Source of the DNA: Pristiophorus japonicus
Taxonomy: Eukaryota
NCBI RefSeq assembly: GCF_044704955.1
Contig: NC_091977.1
Span: forward strand, 84,568,001-84,632,000
Direction: 5' to 3'
DNA: 64,000 nucleotides
Notes under the pieces: model-generated
Databases searched by the model: none
Told to the model about the DNA's origin: nothing
Seen by the model: the letters and a program-made list of their open reading frames with translations, nothing else
Shown: piece after piece, positions 50,412 to 61,580 of the stretch
Numbering within the stretch: the stretch's first letter is position 1
Layout: each line of letters opens with the position of its first letter
Program-made: the position numbers and the translations under genes

Positions 50412-53210
50412 TTGTGTCTTAATGCAAGGAGTATCCGCAATAAGGTGGATGAATTAATTGTGCAAATAGATGTTAACAAATATGATGTGATTGGGATTAC
50501 GGAGACGTGGCTCCAGGATGATCAGGGCTGGGAACTCAACATTCAGGGGTATTCAACATTCAGGAAGGATAGAATAAAAGGAAAAGGAGGTGGGGTAGCA
50601 TTGCTGGTTAAAGAGGAGATTAATGCAATAGTTAGGAAAGACATTAGCTTGGATGATGTGGAATCTATATGGGTAGAGCTGCAGAACACCAAAGGGCAAA
50701 AAACGTTAGTAGGAGTTGTGTACAGACCTCCAAACAGTAATAGGGATGTTGGGGAGGGCATCAAACAGGAAATTAGGGGTGCATGCAATAAAGGTGTAGC
50801 AGTTATAATGGGTGACTTTAATATGCACCTAGATTGGGCTAGCCAAACTGGAAGCAATACGGTGGAGGAGGATTTCCTGGAGTGCATAAGGGATGGTTTT
50901 CTAGACCAATATGTTGAGGAACCAACTAGGGGGGAGGCCATCTTAGACTGGGTGTTGTGTAATGAGAGAGGATTAATTAGCAATCTCATTGTGCGAGGCC
51001 CCTTGGGGAAGAGTGACCATAATATGGTGGAATTCTGCATTAGGATGGAGAATGAAATAGTAAATTCAGAGACCATGGTCCAGAACTTAAAGAAGGGTAA
51101 CTTTGAAGGTATGAGGCATAAATTGGCTAGGATAGATTGGCAAATGATACTTAGGGGGTTGACTGTGGATGGGCAATGGCAGACATTTAGAGACCGCATG
51201 GATGAAGTACAACAATTGTACATTCCTGTCTGGCGTAAAAATAAAAAAGGGAAGGTGGCTCAACCGTGGCTATCTAGGGAAATCAGGGATAGTATTAAAG
51301 CCAAGGAAGTGGCATACAAATTGGCCAGAAATAGCAGAGAACCTGGGGACTGGGAGAAATTTAGAACTCAGCAGAGGAGGACAAAGGGTTTGATTAGGGC
51401 AGGGAAAATGGAGTACGAGAAGATGCTTGCAGGGAACATTAAGGCGGATTGCAAAAGTTTCCATAGGTATGTAAAGAGAAAAAGGTTAGTAAAGACAAAC
51501 GTAGGTCCCCTGCAGTCAGAATCAAGGGAAGTCATAACGGGGAACAAAGAAATGGCAGACCAATTGAACAAGTACTTTGGTTCGGTATTCACTAAGGAGG
51601 ATACAAACAACCTTCCGGATATAAAAGGGGTCAGAGGGTCTAGTAAGGAGGGGGAACTGAGGGAAATCTTTATTAGTCGGGAAATTGTGTTGGGGAAATT
51701 GATGGGATTGAAGGCCGATAAATCCCCAGGGCCTGATGGACTGCATCCCAGAGTACTTAAGGAGGTGGCCTTGGAAATAGCGGATGCATTGACAGTCATT
51801 TTCCAACATTCCATTGACTCTGGATCAGTTCCTATCGAGTGGAGGGTAGCCAATGTAACCCCACTTTTTAAAAAAGGAGAGAGAGAGAAAACAGGAAATT
51901 ATAGACTGGTCAGCCTGACCTCAGTAGTGGGTAAAATGATGGAATCAATTATTAAGGATGTCATAGCAGTGCTTCTGGAAAATGGTGACATGATAGGTCC
52001 AAGTCAGCATGGATTTGTGAAAGGGAAATCATGCTTGACAAATCTTCTGGAATTTTTTGAGGATGTATCCAGTAAAGTGGACAAAGGAGAACCAGTTGAT
52101 GTGGTATATTTGGACTTTCAGAAGGCTTTCGACAAGGTCCCACACAAGAGATTAATGTGCAAAGTTAAAGCACATGGGATTGGAGGTAGTGTGCTGACAT
52201 GGATTGAGAACTGGTTGTCAGACAGGAAACAAAGAGTAGGAGTAAACGGGTACTTTTCAGAATGGCAGGCAGTGACTAGTGGGGTGCCGCAAGGTTTTGT
52301 GCTGGGGCCCCAGCTGTTTACATTGTACATTAATGATTTAGACGAGGGGATTAAATGCAGTATCTCCAAATTTGCGGATGACACTAAGTTGGATGGCAGT
52401 GTGAGCTGCGAGGAGGATGCTATTAGGCTGCAGAGTGACTTGGATAGGTTAGGTGAGTGGGCAAATGCATGGCAGATGAAGTATAATGTGGATAAATGTG
52501 AGGTTATCCACTTTGGTGGTAAAAACAGAGAGACAGACTATTATCTGAATGGTAACAGATTAGGAAAAGGGAAGGTGCAACGAGACCTGGGTGTCATGGT
52601 ACATCAGTCATTGAAGGTTAGCATGCAGGTACAGCAGGCGGTTAAGAAAGCAAATGGCATGTTGGCCTTCATAGCGAGGGGATTTGAATACAGGGGCAGG
52701 GAGGTGTTGCTCCAGTTGTACAGGGCCTTGGTGAGGCCACACCTGGAGTATTGTGTACAGTTTTGGTCTCCTAACTTGAGGAAGGACATTCTTGCTATTG
52801 AGGGAGTGCAGCAAAGATTCACCAGACTGATTCCCGGGATGGCGGGACTGACCTATCAAGAAAGACTGGATCAACTGGGCTTGTATTCACTGGAGTTCAG
52901 AAGAATGAGAGGGGACCTCATGGAAACGTTTAAAATTCTGACGGGTTTAGACAGGTTAGATGCAGGAAGAATGTTCCCAATGTTGGGGAAGTCCAGAACC
53001 AGGGGTCACAGTCTGAGGATAAGGGGTAAGCCATTTAGGACCGAGATGCGGAGGAACTTCTTCACCCAGAGAGTGGTGAACCTGTGGAATTCTCTACCAC
53101 AGAAAGTAGTTGAGGCCAATTCACTAAATATATTCAAAAGGGAGTTAGATGAAGTCCTTACTTCTCGGGGGATCAAGGGTTATGGCGAGAAAGCAGGAAT
53201 GGGGTACTGA
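50412..53210 (+). CDS. CR1 ORF2: APE endonuclease plus reverse transcriptase (932 aa open)
   Basis: NARS, ITETWL, GDFN, SDH; YLDFQKAFDKVPH, GVPQG(F)VLGP, FADD; true start lies upstream, with a TAA at 50337. Confidence 0.93.
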   Translation: MCLNARSIRNKVDELIVQIDVNKYDVIGITETWLQDDQGWELNIQGYSTFRKDRIKGKGGGVALLVKEEINAIVRKDISLDDVESIWVELQNTKGQKTLVGVVYRPPNSNRDVGEGIKQEIRGACNKGVAVIMGDFNMHLDWASQTGSNTVEEDFLECIRDGFLDQYVEEPTRGEAILDWVLCNERGLISNLIVRGPLGKSDHNMVEFCIRMENEIVNSETMVQNLKKGNFEGMRHKLARIDWQMILRGLTVDGQWQTFRDRMDEVQQLYIPVWRKNKKGKVAQPWLSREIRDSIKAKEVAYKLARNSREPGDWEKFRTQQRRTKGLIRAGKMEYEKMLAGNIKADCKSFHRYVKRKRLVKTNVGPLQSESREVITGNKEMADQLNKYFGSVFTKEDTNNLPDIKGVRGSSKEGELREIFISREIVLGKLMGLKADKSPGPDGLHPRVLKEVALEIADALTVIFQHSIDSGSVPIEWRVANVTPLFKKGEREKTGNYRLVSLTSVVGKMMESIIKDVIAVLLENGDMIGPSQHGFVKGKSCLTNLLEFFEDVSSKVDKGEPVDVVYLDFQKAFDKVPHKRLMCKVKAHGIGGSVLTWIENWLSDRKQRVGVNGYFSEWQAVTSGVPQGFVLGPQLFTLYINDLDEGIKCSISKFADDTKLDGSVSCEEDAIRLQSDLDRLGEWANAWQMKYNVDKCEVIHFGGKNRETDYYLNGNRLGKGKVQRDLGVMVHQSLKVSMQVQQAVKKANGMLAFIARGFEYRGREVLLQLYRALVRPHLEYCVQFWSPNLRKDILAIEGVQQRFTRLIPGMAGLTYQERLDQLGLYSLEFRRMRGDLMETFKILTGLDRLDAGRMFPMLGKSRTRGHSLRIRGKPFRTEMRRNFFTQRVVNLWNSLPQKVVEANSLNIFKRELDEVLTSRGIKGYGEKAGMGY

Positions 53211-54457
53211 AGTTTCATGTTCAGCCATGAACTCATTGAATGGCGGTGCAGGCTAGAAGGGCTGAATGGCCTGCTCCTGCACCTATTTTCTATGGATAAA
53301 TTCTCCACTCTCGTGTTCCTAATGCAGATTCTCACCCGCTGGGATTGCATGTTGATAAATTGCATGAATGCAGCCTACGATTTTCTGTCAATTAATTTCA
53401 ATGGGCAGAAGATCATTTGACTGCATATGCGTAATTTCTTGATGTATTAGGTTTTAGAATCATCTATATTCTTAAAATATTTTATGCTCTTTTTTTCTGC
53501 AAAGCTACATTTCTCTGCAAAGCTACAAAATACTAGCTGCTGAGCTTCAGAAGGATCCGTTACTTAAAGGGTCTTCCACAGTGTGGTACTCTGGATCAGA
53601 GGCCACCTCAGCCACAGCAGAACTGCCAGTTGAACCTAGAATTCCTGCAGAAAGGGCTTCATATCACTTGAGGCATCAAAACAGCAACATTCTTGAGTTG
53701 GCTTCCTCCTAATGGGCTGAGCAGATTCACGAGATAGCCAACATGCTCCACCAACTGCACCCTGCCCGTTTCTTACAATGCAACTATATCAGTGCATCTG
53801 GCGGTTACCAGACTGACACCAGTTCGGAGATTTCCAACGCCCTGAGGAAGCAGGCTCATGCCCTCTTCGAAAAGTTCTAGATTGCTGGTGAGCTGCCGGT
53901 ATGCCATAATCTACCTTGTGTGACTCACACTCCCCTGGATATGATTTTCTATACTAGTGGCTTACATGGTTTACCATAGAGAAGGTCCCAGTGGAGATCT
54001 AGAGAGAAGGTACAACTTCCAATAGCCTGGGTGTCACACGTTTGTTCGTGGCATCCAGGTTCCAGATGCCACACAGTTGTTTCCCCATTTGCCACAGATT
54101 TTAACTTCTTCCTGTGCATTGTTACTGATCTCTACGATGTGTGTTACCTTTAGCAGACCTGGATGAAGATGACTTATCTATGGAGAACAGGGGATTGTTC
54201 TTCACTGCAATTCCTTTGAAATAAACATTCATTGGAGATAGCTGAAAGATAAAAGCAAATACCAGAGAGGCACAGAAGAAGTTATGACGTGCAGGATTAT
54301 GGACATGGAATGGACAAGAACAATATATTAAAAAATTCACATTTAGCAAAAGAGGTACTGCCTCCTTTGTTCAGAAATTTAAAATGATTGGCACTTGTGT
54401 GCTCAAGCCAACTGCCAACTAAGTGTATTTGCTTTGTGGTTTCCTTGCTGGGATGTG

Positions 54458-54836
54458 AATTCTACTCGGAATTCCTTCACGGCAAACGAGCCAAATGTGG
54501 GCAGCGGAGACGTTACGAGGACACCGTCAAAGCCTCCCTGATAAAGTACAACATTCCCATTGACACCTGGCAGTCCCTGGCCGAAGACTGCCCTAAGTGG
54601 AGGAAGGCGCTGAGTTCCTCAAGTCTCGCCACCGAGAGTATGCAGAAATCAAGCGCAGGCAGCGGAAAGAACATGCGGCAAACCAGTCCCACCTACCCCT
54701 TCCCTCAGCCACTATCTGTCCCACCTGTGACTGAGACTGTGGTTCTCATATTGGACTGTACAGCCACCTAAGAACTCATGTTAAGAGTAGAAGCAAGTCT
54801 TCCTCGATTCCGAGGGACTGCCTATGATGATGATGG
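54458..54836 (+). mobile_element. RTE-clade LINE 3' fragment
   Basis: YSEFLHGKRAKCGQRRRYEDTVKASL; tail gagggactgcctatgatgatgatg. Confidence 0.85.
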
Positions 54837-55869
54837 GATGTGGACCATTTATTGCAATCAGTTTTCATCTTTGCCATGCTCTTTGGGTCATTGATTCATT
54901 TACAGGAATTTTGTACATTTCTGGGAATTGTAGAAATGTTGTTGACTTTATGTGCTTTCATGGTGCAAACTTTATTTTTGGTGTTTGGGAGAAAATGTTA
55001 TGCCAGAAGGGCATCTTTCTATTGAGAATATGTTAGACAATTTTAAAAAAAATGTTATTTAAAAAAAATCAGGATATTTTCTGATTATATATATTCAGTC
55101 CTGTGCCAATGTCTAACACTCTTCCACTAAATTTCTCTGCTTTCTTAAACATTTATTTTATAAATTATATCCCAGAGTCACCTTTGCATCTTGGTTTTGA
55201 TCTCTATTTTCCTCAGTTTGCTGCCGCTAGCAGACATTGTCATGTTTGTTATCATGCCTCATATCAGCTTGTTGACGTGGTAACATTGCATGATTTCAAC
55301 TAGCAACTGATTGAATGTCATACTGCCAAGAGGAAGTTCGGATGCTGTGTATTAGAATATGTTGCGCAGAAAATGGTTTCCTTTACTACTGCATAAGTGT
55401 CTAAAATACCCCAATGCCCAACACGATGAAAATTGCCCTCACCCCTCAGCCCATATTTGTAATAAAATCAAAGGAAGAAAGAAATTATGGTTGCCAACTC
55501 TGGTTGGATATATTCTTGGTGTCATCACAGGATTACCTGCCTCCAATTGCCCCACCCCCATACTTCTGCCATTGGTCGCCCAATATATCTATACTTGCAG
55601 CGCCCCGCCTTCCCACGGCCAATCGGAAAGCAGTTCGACTCTTCAATAACCAATTAGATTTTTTTGACTGTCAGTCAAACAGCCTTTTTAGCCATTCCAG
55701 ATATTTTTATGACTAATAACCAAAGTATTCATGAATTTTTTTTTTTATTCCCCTCTGATTTTTCTCCTTGGTTGCTCGCAGCAGAGTCCTTTGGGTTAGT
55801 CTTTCATTCCTGGAGACTCCAGGGCAACTCTATAAGAAATGGATGCAATAGAATTTTCCTCACATCTCC

Positions 55870-56110
55870 CAACCTACGTAAATTTCAGCTCATCCAGAAC
55901 TCTGCTGCCCGTATCCCAACTTGCACCAAGGAACATTCACCCATCACCCTTGTGCTCGCTGACCTACATTTGCTCCTGGTCCAGCAACACCTCGAATTTA
56001 AAATTCTCATCCTTGTGTTCAAATCCCTTCATTGTCTCACTCTTCCCTATCTCTAACCTCCTCCAGCCTTACAGCCCACTGAGATCTCTGCGCTCCTCCA
56101 ATTCTGGCCT
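55870..56110 (+). mobile_element. L2 LINE RT C-terminal fragment
   Basis: KFQLIQNSAARI..PITLVLADLH...FKIL.LVFKSLH. Confidence 0.75.
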
Positions 56111-56700
56111 AGAAACATAGAAATATAGAAACATAGAAATCTACAGCGCAGAAGGAGGCCATTTTGGCCCATCGTGTCCACGCCGGCCGACAAAGAGCCA
56201 CACGGACCTTGGTCAGCAGCCCTGAAGGTTACATATAAACCTATGAACAATGAACAATGGCGGAAAGATAAAAAGCATCCGGCCCAACCAGTCCATCCCA
56301 GACAACTGCAACACCTCTTGCACCGCAACATTTTACAGTCCACCCCAACCGGAACCATGCGATCCCCCGGGAGAGGCAAAAAAACAGATAAAATCCAAGA
56401 CCAACTGGGGAAAAAGATCTGGGAAAATTCCTGTCCGACACATCCAGGTGATTGAAACTAGTCCAGGAGATCACCCTGGACATATTCGATTCCCTGCAGT
56501 ACTTACCTTTGTATCTGCGCCAACCAACAAGAAGTTATCCAGTCCAATCCCACTTACCAGCCCTAGGTCTGAAACCCTGCAGATTAAGGCACTTCAAGTG
56601 CCCATCCAAGCACCTTTTAAATGTGGTGCAGGTTTTTGCATCCACCACCCTTCCAGGCAGTGAGTTCCAGACTCCCACAACCTTCTGCGTGAAGAAGTTC
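56111..56700 (-). mobile_element. CR1 subfamily B 3' end with long 3' UTR
   Basis: NFFTQKVVGVWNSLPGRVV; (CTATGTTT)n tail at 56111-56140; inverse homolog of 61040-61580. Confidence 0.88.
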
Positions 56701-56975
56701 GAGCAGGAGATGGGAGTTCGAGCAGCCAGCGACCTATAATGGCCCAGCAATCGGGAGTCGGGGAGTTCGAGCAGTAGGTGGGAGTTCGAGCAGCCAGTGG
56801 CCTATAAAGACCCAGAAGTCGGGAGTCGGGGAATTCGAGCAGGAGGCGGGAGTTCGAGCAGCCAGCGGCCTATAAAGGCCCAGCAGTCGGGAGTCGGGCA
56901 GGAGGCGGGAGTTCGAGCAGCCAGCGGCCTATAAAGGCCCAGCAGTCGGGAGTCGGGAGTTCGAGCAGCCAGCCA
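56700..56975 (+). repeat. CR1 5' UTR tandem repeats with TATA-like motifs
   Basis: About 4.5 units of gggagttcgagcagccagcggcctataaaggcccagcagtcgggagtcg. Confidence 0.85.
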
Positions 56976-59900
56976 GTGCAGCTGCAGCAGGGTGAGAAGG
57001 CAAAAAAGAAGTAGAAAGAAATCGAAAGGTGACGTCACAGTCAAGGGGGTAAGTAATTGGTGACTAGTTTTTCTTTTTCTTTTCTTTATCAGTAAGTAAT
57101 CTTTAGCATTATTGTTGCCAAATTAAGTTAATCTAGGGGTTAAGTCATGGCAGGAGAGCTCGGACACGTGTTATGCTTCTCCTGTACTATGTGGGAAATC
57201 AGGGAAGCTTCCAGTGTCCCTGACGACTACATATGTGGGAAATGTATCCGGCTGCAGCTCCTGACAGACTGCATTGTGGCACTGGAGCTGCGGGTGGATT
57301 CACTCTGGAGCATCCACAATGCTGAGAATGACGTGAATAGCACGTTTAGTGAATTGGTCTTACCGGAGGTAAAGGTTACACAGCCAGATAGGGGATGGGT
57401 GACCAACACGAAGAGCAGTGGAAGGAAGGTAGTGCAGGGGAACCCTGTGGCCATCCCCCTGCAAAACAGATACACCGCTTTGGGTACTGTTGAGGGGGAT
57501 GACTCATCAGGGGAGGGCAGCAGCAGCCAAGTTCATGGCACTGTGGGTGGCTCTGCTGCACAGGAGGGCAGGAAAAAAATGGGAGTGCTATAGTGAAAGG
57601 GGATTCGATTGTAAGGGGAATAGATAGACGTTTCTGCGGCCGCAACCTAGACTCCAGGATGATACGTTGTCTCCCTGGTACAAGGGTCAAGGATGTCTCG
57701 GAGCGGGTGCAGGACATTGTGAAAAGGGAGGGTGAACAGCCAGTTGTCGTGGTGCATATAGGTACCAACGATATAGGTAGAAAGCGGGATGAGGTTCTAC
57801 AAGATGAATTTAGGGAGCTAGGAGCTAAATTAAAAAATAGGACCTCAAAAGTAGTAATCTCAGGATTGCTACCAGTGCCACGTGCTAGCCAGATTGAAAT
57901 CGCAGGATACCTCAGATGAATACGTGGCTTGAGGAGTGGTGGGAGGGATTCAAATTCCTGGGACATTGGAACCGGTTCTGAGGGAAGTGGGACTAGTACA
58001 AACCGGACGGTCTGCACCTGGGCAGGACCGGAACCAATGTCCGAGGGGGAGTGTTGGCTAGTGCTGTTCGGGAGGAGTTAAACTAATATGGCAGGGGGAT
58101 GGGAACCTATGCAGGGAGACAGAGAGAAGTAGAATGGGGGCAGAAGCAAAAGATAGAAAGAAGAAATGTAGAAGTGGAGGGCAGAGAAACCCAAGGCAAA
58201 AAGCAAAAAGGACCACATTACAGCAAAATCCTAAAGGGGCAAAGTGTGTTAAAAAGACAAGCGTGAAGGCTCTGTGCCTCAATGTGAGGAGTATTCGGAA
58301 TAAGGTGGACGAATTAACTGCACACATAGCAGTTAACGGATATGATTTCATTGGCATCACGGAGAAATGGCTCTATACATAAGACAAACTTTTTAGTTCT
58401 TATTCACATTTTACTTCAATTACTGAAGTTAAAAAATTATGGGTAACTCAACATCCAGGGGCATTCAACATTTAGGAAGGATAGATAGAAAGGAAAAGGA
58501 GGTGGGGTGACGTTACTGATTAAAGAGGAAATTAATGCAATAGTAAGAAAGGACATGAGCTTGGATGATGTGGAATCTATATGAGTGGAGCTATGGAATA
58601 CCAAAGGGCAGAAAACGCTAGTGGGAGTTGTGTACAGACCACCAAACAGTAGTAATGAAGATGGGGACAGCATCAAACAAGAAATTAGGGATGTGTGCAA
58701 TAAAAGTACAGCAGTTATCATGGGTGACTTTAATCTACATATTGATTGGGCTAACCAAACTGGTAGCAATGCGGTGGAGGAGGATTTCCTTGAGTGTATT
58801 AGGGATGGTTTTCTAGACCAATATGTCGAGGAACCAACTAGAGGGCTGGCCATCCTAGACTGGGTGATGTGTAATGAGAAAGGACTAATTAGCAATCTTG
58901 TTGTGTGAGGCCCCTTGGGGAAGAGTGACCATAACATGGTAGAATTCTTTATTAAGGTGGAGAGTGACACAGTTAATTCAAAGACTAGGGTCCTGAACTT
59001 AAGGAAAGGTAACTTTGATGGTATGAGACGTGAATTGGCTAGAAAAGACTGGCAAAGGATACTCAAAGGGTTGACGGTGGATAAGCAATGGCAAACATTT
59101 AAAGATCACATGGATGAACTTCAACAATTGTACATCCCTATCTGGAGTAAAAATACAACGGGGAAGGTGGCTCAACCGTGGTTAACAAGGGAAATTAAGG
59201 ATAATGTTAAATCCAAGGAAGAGGCATATAAATTAGCCAGAAAAAGCAGCAAACCTGAGGACTGGGAGAATTTTGTAATACAGCAGGGGAGGACAAAGCA
59301 TTTAATTTGGAGGGGGACAATAGAGTATGAGAGGAAGTTTTCTGGGAACATAAAAACTAACTGCAAAAGCTTCTATAGATACGTGAAGAGAAAAAGATTA
59401 GTGAAAACAAACGTAGGTCCCTTGCAGTCAGATTCAGGTAAATTTATAATGGGGAACAAAGAAATGGCGGACCAGTAAAACAAATACTTTGGTTCTGTTT
59501 TCATGAAGAAAGACTCAAATAACCTTCCGGAAATATTAGGGGACCAAGAGTCTCATGAGGAGGAGGAACTGAAGGATATCCTTATAAAGCGGGAAATTGT
59601 GTTAAGGAAATTGATGGTATTGAAGGCCGATAAATCCCCAGGGCTTGATAGTCTACATCCCAGATTACTTAAGGAAGTGGCCATAGAAATAGTGGATGCA
59701 TTGGTGATCATTTTCCAACAGTCTATTCACTCTGGATCAGTGCCTATGGACTGGAGGGTAGCTAATGTAACACTGCTGTATAAAAAAGGAGGGAGAGAGA
59801 AAACGGATAATTATAGACTGGTTAGCCTGACATCAGTAGTGGGGAAAATGTTGGAATCAATTATTAAAGATGAAATAGCAGCGCATTTGGAAATCAATGA

Positions 59901-60347
59901 GAGTCTCAGTCCAAGTCAGCATGGATTTATGAAAGGGAAATAATGCTTGACAAATCTTCTGGGACTTTTTGAGGATGTAACTAGTAGAGTGGACAAGGGA
60001 GAACCCGTGGATGTGGTGTATTTGGACTTTCAAAAGGCTTTTGACAAGGTCCCACACAAGAGATTGGTGTGCAAAATCAAAGCACATGGTAACGGGAGTA
60101 ATGTACTGTTTGGATAGAGAACTGGTTGGCAGACAGGAAACAGAGAATCGGGATAAACGGGTCCTTTTCAGAATGGCAGGTAGTGACTAGTGGAGTGCCG
60201 CAGGGCTCAGTGCTGGGACCCCAGCTATTTACAATATACATTAATGATTTAGATGAAGGAATTGAGTGTAATATCTCCAAGTTTGCAGATGACACTAAAC
60301 TGGGTGGCAGTGTGAGCTGTGAGGTGGATGCTAAAAGGCTGCAGGGT
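56700..60347 (+). mobile_element. CR1 subfamily A with 5' UTR, ORF1 and disrupted, 3'-truncated ORF2
   Basis: Tandem 5' UTR units; ORF1 CFSC..CGKC zinc finger, coiled coil and GDS/GTND/DGLH esterase (57147-58086, frameshifted); ORF2 ends at [14 protein letters not shown]. Confidence 0.93.
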
Positions 60348-60371
60348 GTCATCTACAAACTTCTTAATCAT

Positions 60372-61580
60372 ACACTAAAATTGGCTGTGTGGTTGATAAT
60401 GAAGAGGAAAGTCATGGGCTGCAGGAGGATATCAATCTACTGGTCAGGTGGGCAGAACAGTGGCAAATGGAATTTAATTCAGAGAAGTGTGAGGTGATGC
60501 ACTTTGGGAGAGCTAATAAAGAAAGGGTATACACATTAAGCGGTAGGCCACTTAATAATGTAGATGAACAAAGGGACCTTTGCGTGTTTGTCCACAGATT
60601 CCTGAAAGTAGTAGGCCAGGTGGATAAGGTGGTTAAGAAGGCATAAGGAATGCTTGCCTTTATTGGCCGAGACATAGAATATAAGAGCAGGGAGGTTATG
60701 CTTAAATTGTATAATACTTTGGTTAGGCCACAGCTGGAGTACTGCGTGCAGTTCTGGTCGCCATATTATAGGAAGGACATGATCGCACTAGAGAGGGTGC
60801 AATGGAGATTTACTAGGATGCTGCCTGGAATGGAGAATCTTAGTTATGAGGATAGGCTGGGTTTGTTCTCATTGGAACAGAGCAGGTTGAGAGGAGACCT
60901 CATTGAGGTGTACAAAGTATTGAGGGGCCTGGACATAGTGGATAGTAAGGGCCTATTTCCATTGATGGAGGAGTCTATTACGAGGGGACTTAGTTTTAAG
61001 GTGGTTGGTGGAAGGTTTAGAGGGGATTTGAATGGGGGCTTCTTTACGCAGAGGGCTGTGGGGATCTGGAACTCGCTGTCTGGAAGAATGGTGGATGCAG
61101 AAACTCTCACCATTTTTAAGGGATGGTTGGATGGGCACTTAAAGTGCCGTAACCTGCAGGGCTATGGACCTGGAGCTCGTAATTGGGATTAGACTGGATG
61201 ACCTTTTGTTGGACGGCGCAGACATAATGGTAAGTACTGCAGGAATCGAATACAGCCAGGGTGATCTCCTCGAAACACTTTCGATCACCTGGATAATTCG
61301 GAGAGGAATTTTCCCAGATTTTTTCCCCCCTAAATCGGCCTGGGTTTTTATCTGGTTTTTGACTCTCCCAGTAGATCACATGGCTCCGGTTGGGGTGGAG
61401 TGTAGAATGTTTCAGTATAAGGGATGTCACAGTTGTGTGAGGTAGACTGGTTGGGCTGGGTACTCTTTGCCTTTCCGTCATTGTTCATAGGTTTATATAT
61501 AACCTTCAGGGCTGCTGACCAAGGGCCGTGCGGCTCTTTGTCGGCCAGCGTGGACAGCTGTAAATTTCTATGTTTCTATG
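60372..61580 (+). mobile_element. CR1 subfamily B 3' part
   Basis: [47 protein letters not shown], long 3' UTR, ttctatgtttctatg tail. Confidence 0.92.

Larger units (their letters stand above)
49450..53294 (+). mobile_element. CR1 LINE, young, truncated within ORF1
   Basis: ORF1 esterase part, long ORF2, short 3' UTR, ttctatg end. Confidence 0.97.
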
